From Chiloscyllium plagiosum (Eukaryota), in assembly GCF_004010195.1 (NCBI RefSeq), contig NC_057721.1, forward strand, positions 44,719,240-44,783,239: 64,000 nt of DNA. Direction: 5' to 3'. A program made the position numbers and the translations under genes. The notes below the pieces were generated by a model. It saw nothing but the letters and a program-made list of their open reading frames with translations. It searched no databases and was not told the DNA's origin. This document shows, piece by piece, positions 50,213 through 60,989 of the stretch (the stretch's first letter is position 1; each line of letters begins with the position of its first letter).

Positions 50213-50712
50213 NNNNNNNNNNNNNNNNNNNNNNNNNNNNNNNNNNNNNNNNNNNNNNNNNNNNNNNNNNNNNNNNNNNNNNNNNNNNNNNNNNNNNNNN
50301 NNNNNNNNNNNNNNNNNNNNNNNNNNNNNNNNNNNNNNNNNNNNNNNNNNNNNNNNNNNNNNNNNNNNNNNNNNNNNNNNNNNNNNNNNNNNNNNNNNNN
50401 NNNNNNNNNNNNNNNNNNNNNNNNNNNNNNNNNNNNNNNNNNNNNNNNNNNNNNNNNNNNNNNNNNNNNNNNNNNNNNNNNNNNNNNNNNNNNNNNNNNN
50501 NNNNNNNNNNNNNNNNNNNNNNNNNNNNNNNNNNNNNNNNNNNNNNNNNNNNNNNNNNNNNNNNNNNNNNNNNNNNNNNNNNNNNNNNNNNNNNNNNNNN
50601 NNNNNNNNNNNNNNNNNNNNNNNNNNNNNNNNNNNNNNNNNNNNNNNNNNNNNNNNNNNNNNNNNNNNNNNNNNNNNNNNNNNNNNNNNNNNNNNNNNNN
50701 NNNNNNNNNNNN
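50213..50712. other. Assembly gap (exactly 500 N, probably a scaffold join of unknown size)
   Basis: Round-number run of N. Confidence 0.95.
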
Positions 50713-50719
50713 TTCTTTC

Positions 50720-53500
50720 TATACAAGATTGAATTTCTACCTTAACATCACTTCCCACTCTATTGTCATACTTCTTAGTTATATCCTTTGATTCTGCTTG
50801 TGCTTTAAGACTATTGATCTTGGCCTTAAGCAAACTAATAGACCAAGCATCCATAGTCCTCTGGGATTTAAAAAAATTCCAACTATGTGATCTTTCAATA
50901 CCTCAATCTTAAATCTTATCCTGAAATTATCAGCCTTAGTCATAGCCTCTCTAGGCAGTGGAAAGAACTCTCCTTTCACTCTGTCCGGCTCTCTAAGACA
51001 TTTAAACATTTCAATGTGAATACATCTTTTCTAAACTTTGGAGGATATAGGCCAATTTTACATGCTTTTTCCTCAGGGAACCGTTTTCATTCAGAATTCA
51101 GCCTAGTACATGCACTATGCAACACCTCCAAGGTAACTAACATCCTCGCTTAAGTAAGGACACAAAGAAACATCAAAAATAGGAGGAGGAGTCAGCCATT
51201 CAGCCCTCTCAGCCTGCTGCACGAGTCAATATATTCATGGCTGATCGTCAAACACAGTACCCTGTCCTGATTTCTCCCCATAACCTTTGATCCCTTTAGC
51301 CACTAGAACTATATCTGTCAAGTTTTTGAAAACATTCAGTGGTTTGACCTCAACTGCTTTCTGTAGCAGATCAGTCCACAAGCTCACTAGTTTCTCCTCA
51401 ATGCAAGGCACTGTACAATTGAAGGAAGACATCCTTGCTCCTCTACTCAAATCCTCCCACTATGAAGACTAACAATAACATTCCCTTTCTTCACTGCCTG
51501 CTCCACCTGCATGCTTATTTTCAGTGACTGTTCTACAGGATACCCAGATCTCCCTGCACCTCCCCCTTTCCTAATCTATCACCATTCAGATGGTAATCTG
51601 CCTTACTGTTTTTACGACCAAAAAGGATAACCTCACATTTATCCATATTATATTGCATCTACCACACATTTACCCACTGACTCACTTATCCAAATCATAC
51701 TGAAGCATCTGCTTACAGCTCATCTTCCCACCCAGTTTTGTGCTCTCTCCAAACTTGGAGATATTCCATTTGGTTCCCTCATCTAATCATTAATATACAT
51801 TCGTGAATAGCTGGGGTCCAAGCACCGATCCCATTCGATACTGCCTGCCAGTTGGAAAAAGACCTGTTTATTCCTACACTCTGTACCCTGTCTGGCAGCT
51901 CATTCTCTATTCATGCCAGTGCATCATCCCCAATCCCACTTTAATTTTGCATGCAAATCTCTTCTATAGTACCTAATTGAAAACCTTCTGGAAGTCCAAG
52001 TAAACCATATCCACTGACACCCCCACATGATCCCTATTAGTCACATCCACAAAAAATTCTAGTGGATTTGTCAAGCATGATTTCCCTTTTGTAAATCCAT
52101 GCTGAATCTGTCCAGTCTTGTCACTGTTTTTCATTTTGTTATTAAGTGTTCTGCGATTAAATCTTTAATAAGGGACTGTAGCAATCTCAAGTGAACCAGC
52201 CTATACTTCCCTGTTTTCCCTTTAGTTCTTTATTTTAAATAGTTGGGTTACATTGGGTCTCCTCCAATCTGTAGGAACTTTTCCAGAGCCTATAGAAGCT
52301 TGAAAGATGACCACCAATGCACCCATTATTTTTACAGCCACTTCCTTAAATACTATGCGATATAGATTAATCAGGCCTGGAGATTTATTGGCCTGTACTC
52401 CCAGTAATTTCTCCAACACTATTTCCCTATTAACATTGATTTCCTTCAGTTCCTCCCTCTCACTAGACCCTGTTTTCCCCAACATTTTTGTCATGTTATT
52501 TATGTCCTTTGTGAAGACAGAACCAAAGCATGTTTTCAACTGGTCTACCATTTCTCTATGCACAGTACACTAGATGCAGTTTTGTCAAAACCCTATCATC
52601 AAGAAAAGTGACCATCATCCCAGAGGACTGCTCTCTGATTACAGATCAACAATTGGTGGTGGTTTAATCTGAGGGTCACCACAGCTCAGGCAAGGGGGTG
52701 AGCTTGTGAAGGCAGGACCTTCGAGTTAAGCCCACCTGGTGTGGGAATGGAACCAACTCTGTTTGTATCACTCAGTATCACAAACCAGCTAACTAGCTGT
52801 ATTTTTTTTGTTGTCTTTCTTGCTCTAGTTCAATTATTCCTGCCTGTAAATTGATTGATCTGAATAGACTGAAAATGTGTTGCTGGAAAAGCGCAGCAGG
52901 TCAGGCAGCATCCAAGGAGCAGGAGAATCAACGTTTCGGGCATGAGCCCTTCTTCAGGAAGCAGGGCTCATGCCTGAAACGTCGATTCTCCTGATCCTTG
53001 GGTGCTGCCTGACCTGCTGCGCTTTTCCAGCAACACATTTTCAGCTCTGATCTCCAGCATCTGCAGTCCTCACTTTCTCCTGATCTGAATAGACTGTAGG
53101 TCTAGACATCCCAAGTGCAAAATCACCAGAGACTGCCTGGTTATGCATTAAAAATGGGAAATACAAACATAGGCACATAGAAAATAGGAGCAGGAATAGG
53201 CCCTTCTGCCCTTCAGGTCTACTCTGCCAGTCAATACGATGGTGATTAATCAGTACCCTTTTTCCACTTTCACCAGTTGTCCTTTCATTCTGAGAACTAC
53301 ACCTAACTTCTTTTTGAAAACATTCACTCTTTTAGCCTCAACTGATACTTGTGGGAGAGAATTCCATACACTTACCATCCTCTGGGTGAAGGAATTCCTC
53401 CACATCTCAGTCCTAAATGCGCTACCTTGTATCCTTAAACTGTGACCTTTGGTTCTGGACTCCCTGGGCATCCAGAACATCCTCCCTGCATTTGACCTGA
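50720..53500 (-). mobile_element. Cluster of degraded CR1 LINE fragments (~50720-51160, ~51170-52560, ~53165-53500)
   Basis: Minus-strand ORFs ANKSPGLINLYRIVFKEVA..KVPTDWR and ESRTKGHSLRI...NSFTQRMVSVWNSLP. Confidence 0.75.
52872..53080. mobile_element. Fold-back PLE-tail insertion
   Basis: Near-perfect inverted arms. Direct repeat TGATCTGAATAGACTG at 52856-52871 and 53081-53096. Confidence 0.85.
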
Positions 53501-55189
53501 ACTAGTTCACAGAACTGTAATCTCTAAGCAAAATGTTTTCAAACAGTGCCTTTCACAACTTCAGACTATTAAGGGGCATTTCAGTCTATGAAGAATTTTT
53601 GTAAGATGTTATGTCGATAGGTGGTGCTATAATAGTTTTAAAATGTTTTACGTTATTTAAAATAATTATAGTACAATTTGCTTCTCTATTCTGTGTTCGG
53701 GAGGTAGTGCACTGTCTCCACGAGTAGGAACTAAACAAGTGTAAGCTTAGAGCAAAAATTCTGAGTAGATCTGTGATATTGTTTACCTTCTCTATCTATT
53801 TCTAATTGCTTTCTTCACGTTCCAATTAAAGTCACACCTCCTAATACATTTTATATTCCTATCATTGAGTTTTTGCTTGTGAATTCTGTATTATTTGGGT
53901 TTGTAAATGTTAATGCCTGGGACATGATTATATAAGAGAGCATATGACTCAGGGATATAGGGAGAATGATCATTGTTGAAACCATTAAAATCTTGCTGTA
54001 CAGAGTTATAATTCAGCAATATGTAATGATTCAGTTGTTATTTGAAAATACCGACAACTAAGTAATTATTTCAAAACTAGACTAACCAACTTTTATTTCT
54101 TCATGAGATATCTGCATCGATGGCTAGAACCAAATCAACCACATTGCTGTAAGTTTGCAGGCACACCTAGACCAGAGAGGGGTGGTAAATATACTTCCCT
54201 AAAGGGATTACTGAACCAAATGAGTGTTTATGACAATTTACAATGGTTACGTCATCACGTTTTGACTGACCTTTCATTGAATTCAAATTTTGACCATCTG
54301 CTCTGGTGGGATTCCAACATATGTCCCCTGAACAGTAACCTTGGGTCTGGATTACTAGTCAAGTTACATTACCCATTACCCTACCACTTCCTCCTAAACA
54401 ACATGGGAGCCACAGGGCTGGACTCCACACCACTGAAAATGTGATGCCAAAGCAGCATAGACAGTTGAAGAACTCCCAAAACAACTCCATAATCAAATTG
54501 TAGAATCAGAAAATCAACTTGCAGACATTTTGAAGGCTGTACAGAGAAGCATAGCAGTCTGTGAAGAAATTCCCAATCCCTTGGTTGCAAGCTTCGTGTA
54601 AGAGAATCAAACAACGATCATGGATGTGGTGAGTAAAAGATCACTTATAATGATGCATAAGGCAGATAGCTGTGTGACAATGGACCCTCTAAGTTGCATA
54701 AAAGCCATTTGAAGGTTCTAAGCATGCAGATTGACATGCTGGGACTTTGAGGTTTGGTTCTGGTCACCACTGCAGTGTCCTGGCCTGCACTGTAGGGAAA
54801 AAAGAATTACAGGGGACATAGTCTGGGAAAGCCAGATCCCTATTAAGAGCAGCTTACATTTAAAACCCTGCTGTCTTGGTCTGAGGACACCACCATTATA
54901 CACAGTGACAGCAAGATAGCACAACAAGAAAAATTAAAAAGTGGCTGCAAATATTCAATACTCCAAGGGAAACAGTAAAGAGACTATTGAAATATCTTAA
55001 AATAAAATGTTTTCAACAGCTTTGCATGGTTTGAGTGTACTATGTTTTGCTGAGGAATTCCCCAGGAAAGCCAGTGACTGCAAGAATCAATGAGGGGCTG
55101 AGCTGTGTGGGAAAGTTTCAAATACTGGAAAAAAAACTTAAACGATACAAAAGCTTAGAAAAATAATTGATTCTAAATTTTAACTATCT

Positions 55190-55900
55190 GTGAGAACTGG
55201 ATACATAACAGAGCCAAATTAAACTCAAAACTGGGCCCTTTGGAGAAAAGAGATTCTTGAGGTATTGAATTGCTTCGGGATTGGACAATAAGGCCGAAGC
55301 TAAACATGTCAACACATTGCTCCAAAGGAAAAAAAAGCAGACTTATTACAAAACAGGACATAAATGTGAAGAAGTCTTAAAAGCCTTCAATGACTCTTTC
55401 AGTCTGAGGAGCAACAGGATTCTGAAAAAGGACAAGTTCAACACAGGGTCCAGAAAACAGGTGAACCAGTAACTACTTTTATTAAAGACATTGCCAGCCC
55501 AGGTGAAAGGTTCAAGAATGGAGACTTATGACTAGAATTAATACAAGACTGCATAGCAGTTGGTATTGTTGATGAATACTTACCAAGCCTTTTGCAGTCT
55601 AAGGAGAGACATCACCATAGGCAAAGCAACACAGCTGATGAGACAAACAGAGGTCTGTAAATATAACAGGGCAATACTGGATAATAAAGAGAAACTTGGT
55701 TCGGGAAATCTCCAGTGACCAAAAAGTTCTTAACCACAGAATCATAAAAGAAGCATCAGAAAAGGAAGTATACATGGGAGAGCAAGTGCAAATCCGTAAA
55801 CCCTGCCAGTGCTATGATATCTTACAAATATTGCATAAAAATAGTCCATTTGAGAGGAAGTGATGAAGTACAAACTCTACCTTCACTGGTTTCAAAGAAA
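55190..55900 (+). mobile_element. Decayed Gypsy-type LTR-retrotransposon gag
   Basis: Joined across frameshifts it reads EEVLKAFNDSFSLRSNRILKKDKFN.RVQKTGEPVTTFIKDI...ELIQDCIAVGIVDE...ITIGKATQLMRQTE. This matches the recalled Gypsy gag pattern (ER..F..R.Q..GE....F...L; IRDRIVVGI.D). Confidence 0.7.
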
Positions 55901-57058
55901 TATTCTTCACACACAAAGCCATTAAGTTGAAGAACCTCCACAAAATAATTGTCTGGAACCTGCAGGAGTCCAGGAGAGTAAATAGGTAAGGAAGAGAAAG
56001 AAACACAGACTGAAAAGAAAGAGACCATAAAACGATAAAATACCAGAGCTGAATTAGGCCATCCAGTCTACCAAGCCAAGAGTGCGGTGCTGGAAAAGCA
56101 CAGCCAGTCACGCAGCATCTGAGGAGCAGGAGAATTGACGTTTCGGGCATAAGCACTTCATCAGAAAAGCCCAGCATCTGCAGTCCTCACTTTCTCCATT
56201 CAGTCTGTAGCTTGATGTTCATTCCCTTTTATTTTTGTTAGTCTGTTTTGCTAACACAGGGTAATAGTAGGATGTGTGACAACATGAAAGGCCCTCTTAA
56301 ATGTCCAATTGTTGCTCTTAAATGCTCACAGTGTAGTGCTTATGCTGAAAATGCAATTTGATTATTTACGAAACAACTCTCCTTTATGCCTTCAATAACA
56401 GAAAAATCAATCCTAGCTCTACTCATTCTTTGGAAATTATGGCTCAACAGATATGTTGTCCATCCAATAACCTGCCCTGGAAATCGATGTTTTATAACTA
56501 TCTTCTCTGGTGTTTTGCAGAATGAGGGAAGGCTGTTTCTGAACTATTATATAGCTATATTATTGATCTTACTTACAACCGACTGTTCAATCATTTAAGG
56601 AACTCAATACTCTTGTTTTTATACAAAATGAATACTGAAATGATTTTAATGTTAATTTAATGTAAATTCATAGATGGGGAACAACTCTGAAAAATATGTC
56701 AGTAATAGACTAATGTCTACTAGTATATGCTTATGAAACATATTAATTATTTTAGTCATTATTTGCATAAAAGCTTATTTGATTGGAACTAATTAACCTT
56801 GGTGAATTGTAATTACAATAACCGTGAATAAATGCAATTGATGAGATAATTATTTCCATTTGTTGTCCATTAATAAATTCATATTTAACAATAATGTTAT
56901 CAAATAAAGTGACAGCCAACTTAATCCTTTGTCATTGTTGAGAAAGTATTAAATGGTGAGAAACTATGATTTACACTCAGAACACACATATTTGTAATAA
57001 TTAATGAATTAAGTGAAGACAATTTGTTAGTAGCATGGGTCAGTATAATGTATTGTAG

Positions 57059-57169
57059 GAGAAAGTGAGGTCTGCAGATGCTGGAGATCAGAGCTGAAAA
57101 TGTGTTGCTGGACAGGCAGCATCCAGGGAACAGGAGAATCGACGTTTCGGGCATAAGCCCTTCTTCAGG
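57059..57169 (-). mobile_element. Short PLE tail with intact hammerhead motif (57137-57172)
   Basis: TSD AATGTATTGTAG at 57047-57058 and 57170-57181. The minus strand reads ATTC-CTGAAGA-A-GGGC TTAT GCCC-GAAAC-GTC^GATT. Confidence 0.85.
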
Positions 57170-57204
57170 AATGTATTGTAGCTATGACTTAATACGTCTT
57201 GTAC

Positions 57205-57510
57205 TAAGAGTTGAAAAATGTGGTGCTGGAAAAACACAGCAGGCCAGGCAGCATCCGAGGAGCAGGAGAATCGACGTTTCGGGCCTAAGCCCTTCTTCAG
57301 GAATGAGGCTGGTGTGCCAAGTGGGCTGAGATAAAAGGTAGGGGGGAGAGAATTTGGGGGAGGGGTGCTGGGAATACGATAGGTGGAAGGAGGTGAGGGT
57401 GATAGGCCGGAGAAGGGGTGGGGGCGGAGAGGTTGGGAAGAAGATGTCAGCTCAAGAGGGCGGTGCTGAATCCGATGGTTGGGACTGAGATAAGGTGGGG
57501 GGAGGTGAGT
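57205..57510 (-). mobile_element. PLE 3' UTR fragment with intact hammerhead motif (57269-57304)
   Basis: Homologous to 13700-14010 and 60660-60985. Confidence 0.8.
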
Positions 57511-58122
57511 GCCTCCCTCGTCAGGTCCACACCCTCCACCAACCCAACCTCTACTCTGTGCTACCTGTTTCCGAACACGATTTTAGAATACTTTAATCAT
57601 GCCTTCTAGATGAAGAATCCCTCCTGAAATTTTAGTAACAATAATGCTTATGATAGTCTATAGTACATAGAGAATATAAGACTTGTGAAGACATCACAAG
57701 GATGTATTCATGAATGTTCATGGAAGAATGGAGTGATACTCAATGAAAATACCAACTTTGTACCAGAAACAATTGGCTCATTTTCATTTACATCGACAGT
57801 AATACCTTGCTTCATACTTCCTGGGCTGTGGACAGCTATACCAAAAATAACAAATTCTGTTGAACTGTTGAATCAAAGTCTGACCTAAATTGGAAACAAT
57901 GGGAAGGTGTGAGCAGATTGGAGGTTCGGGTCAAACACTTATCCCTGGGGCATGGGTTAATGATTCTCCCATTTAGAAAAAGTCCCCAACAATTTTTCCT
58001 CTTCAAGCAATGTTTCATCCACTCCCAACAATTCCGTTGAACCCCAAATTTTGGAGATTATATTTATGAGGTAGAAATTGGGAAGTTCTTGGAAGGGAAC
58101 AGTAGATTAGGCATGGATGTTG

Positions 58123-58320
58123 GAGATGGAAATGTGTTGCTGGAAAAGCGCAGCAGGTCAGGCAGCATCTAGGGAACAGGAGAATCGACGTTTCGGGCAT
58201 TAGCCCTTCTTCAGGAATGAGGAAAGTTGGTCCAGCAGGCTAAGATAAAAGATAGGGAGGAGGGACTTGGGGGAGGGGCGTCGGAAATGTGATAGGTGGA
58301 AAGGGGTCAAGGTGAGGGTG
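58123..58320 (-). mobile_element. PLE 3' UTR fragment with intact hammerhead motif (58183-58218)
   Basis: 14-bp TSD AGGCATGGATGTTG at 58109-58122 and 58321-58334. Confidence 0.85.
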
Positions 58321-59214
58321 AGGCATGGATGTTGCTTCATGATCAGCAATGCAGTGATGGTGGCGACAACATGTTTAATAAACTAGAATAGAACATCATT
58401 TTACAGTTCCGGAACACTTCACAGATCCACTTGATCATTTTAGTCTGGTATCACAAATCATTCCAATTTCCAACCAGTTTTTGCACCCCAGGTTGTTTAT
58501 ATAAATGAGAAACAATGGTAAGGTGGGAGGGCTGAGTGGTCTCAACAATAGTCCATGAGTCATTGGCCTGTAGTTTTCTCCACCTTGATGTACCTCCAAT
58601 TAGCCATAAATTCCTTTGGACTCAGGAGGATGGGAAAAAACAGTGGTTGCAAGAGCTGCTCCTTTTTTTAAGTGTTGGAGGTGCTTTCGTCAAATTCCAG
58701 GAGCAGTAATTACTGTTTTATATGTTGTTGCATTGTTTTGGAACTTTGGGGAAAAATAGTCAAAACAACGACACTTTTAAAAGGGAGAAAGACAGACAAG
58801 TGGCAGCGAGCATGAAGTCAGTGAGAGAGAGAAAGAAAGAAACCTACACTGCTAACTGACAGCAATGAGTCTGCATAATTGCTGCCTTTGCTGTTTGAAT
58901 TCATGTATCTCTGGACATTGGAATGCGTCTCAGAAAAATTAACAAACAGCAAAATTCACAGGTGACCTTGGAAGAACCTGTGTGGGACAGCTCACAACAC
59001 AGATAAGTGTATAGTTTTTAACGTGTAACCTTGCTGTAAGTCTACAGTAGTGAGCAGAGTGGGCTCTTTCTTGATTATATGTTTTATGGAAATTTGTCTC
59101 TTGATTAAATTTTAAAAATATAAACTGTAAGTACTAGGTTAGCCTGGAGCACTTTTTTTTTAGAGCAAAAAGATGGTGCTATTTTCTGGGTGTGTAGATT
59201 GTGAAGCAACAAAG

Positions 59215-60600
59215 ACTGCCTTTAGCACAGTGATATGCTCTTGCTTTCCATTGGGAGTTTAGAGACAGTTTCCAAATCACTGATGATTATGTCTGCAGGA
59301 AGTGTCTTTGGTTGTGAATCCCTTCAGATTGAATGGATCGGTTGAAGCAGCAGTTAGAGGCAATAAGGAATTTACAAGAGCCAGGGATATGATGGATGGC
59401 AATTATAGGAAAGGAGAAAAGCCTCAGATACAGTCAGGTAGATGGGTTATCATGAGGAAATGTAGGAGAGGTAGGCAGGTAGTTCAGGAGTCACCTGTGG
59501 CTATCCCTATTTAAAACAAGTATGCTAAATTGGAAAATGTAGGGGGTGATAGACTCTGAGGGGAATATAGCACGAATAGCGAAGTTTCCGGTATCGCAAC
59601 AGGTTCTACTGTAATGAGGGGTATTTCAGGTTCCAAGCAATTGATTGTGACAGGGGACTCTGTAGTCAGAGACACAGGTCGACCTTTCTGTAGCCAGCAG
59701 TGAAAAATCAGAATGGTGTGTTGCCTCTCTGGTGCCAGAATCAATAATATCTCAGAGAGGTGCAGAATGTTCACAAAGGGGAGAGGGACTAGCAGGATGT
59801 AATTCTACACATTGGAATTAATGATATGGGAAGGGAAAAGGATGAGATTCTGAAGGAAGAATATAGAAAGTTGAGCAGGAATTTAAAAAGGAGGTCTGTG
59901 AGGGTAATAATATCTACTCCTGTAATAATAGCTACGTGCTAGTGAGGGTAGGAATAGGACGATAGAGCAGATGAATGCGTGGCTGAGGAGCTGGTGCAGG
60001 GGAGAAGGGTTCAACTTTTGGATCATTGGAATCTCTTCTGGGGTAGAAGTGACCTGTACAAGAAGGATGGACTGCACCTACATTGGAATGGGACTAATAT
60101 ACGAGCAGGGAGATTTGCAAGAGCTGCTTGGGAAAATTTAAGCTCGTAAGGTGGGGGGGGGGGGGTGGAACCCAGGGAAATAGTTTCAAAAGAGATCATT
60201 CTGAGACTGGTACAGTTGGGAAAGAGAGCAAGTCAAACAGTCAGGGCAGGCAGGAACAAAGCAAAAAACAAGGTAGGACTGAAAAATTAAACTGCATTTA
60301 TTTCAATGCAAGAGGCCCAACAGGGAAGGCAGATGAACTCGGGGCATGGTTAAGAACACGGGACTGGAATATCATAGCAATTACAGAAATGTGGTTCAGG
60401 GATGGACAGGATGGCAGGTTAATGTCCCAAAATACAAATGCTATAGAAAGGATGGAAAGGGGGAGCAGGAGAGGAGGGGGAGTGGTATTTTTGATAAGGG
60501 ATAGCAATATTGCTGAACTTAGGATATTCTTAGGAGTACATTCAGCAAACTTATTTGGGTGGAACTTAGAAATAGGAAAGGGATTGTATAATAGAAACCC
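59215..60600 (+). mobile_element. 5' part of a CR1 LINE: decayed ORF1 (zinc-finger/leucine-zipper plus SGNH esterase) and start of the ORF2 endonuclease
   Basis: ORF1 motifs DDYVCRKC, IVTGDSVVR, VCCLSGARI, VILHIGIND, NAWLRSWC, DLYKKDGLHL. ORF2 start LNCIYFNARG...IIAITEMW. Confidence 0.85.
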
Positions 60601-60634
60601 ACAGTGGGACAGAAAGGGACAGAGTATACAAGGT

Positions 60635-60987
60635 GACCCTCCAACCACAAGGGATGAACTCAGATTTCTCCAGTTTCCTCATTTCCCCTCCCCCTACCTT
60701 GTCTCAGTCAAATCCCTCAAATTCAGCACCGCCTTCCTAACCTGCAATCTTCTTCCTGACCTCTCCACCCCCACTCCACTCCGGCCTATCACCCTCACCT
60801 TGACCTCCCTCCACCTATCGCAATTCTAACGCCCCTCCCCCAAGTCCCTCCTCCCTACCTTTTATCTCTGCCTGCTGGACACACTTTCCTCATTCCTGAA
60901 GAAGGGCTTATGCCTGAAACATTGATTCTCCTGTTCCTTGGATGCTGCCTGACCTGCTGCGCTTTTCCAGCAACACATTTTCAGCTC
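60635..60987 (+). mobile_element. PLE 3' fragment with decayed hammerhead motif (~60892-60927)
   Basis: Homologous to the 13650-14010 and 58123-58320 tails. Confidence 0.75.
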
Positions 60988-60989
60988 AG

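Noticed and set aside
49972-50854. Long ORFs of 217-257 aa in the ORF track (also 42443-43096)
   Set aside because: Artefacts of translating through N gaps.
54901-54930. CACAGTG heptamer followed by an A/C-rich nonamer-like stretch (possible RSS)
   Set aside because: The nonamer matches poorly at 12 or 23 spacing and no V/D/J coding segment adjoins it.
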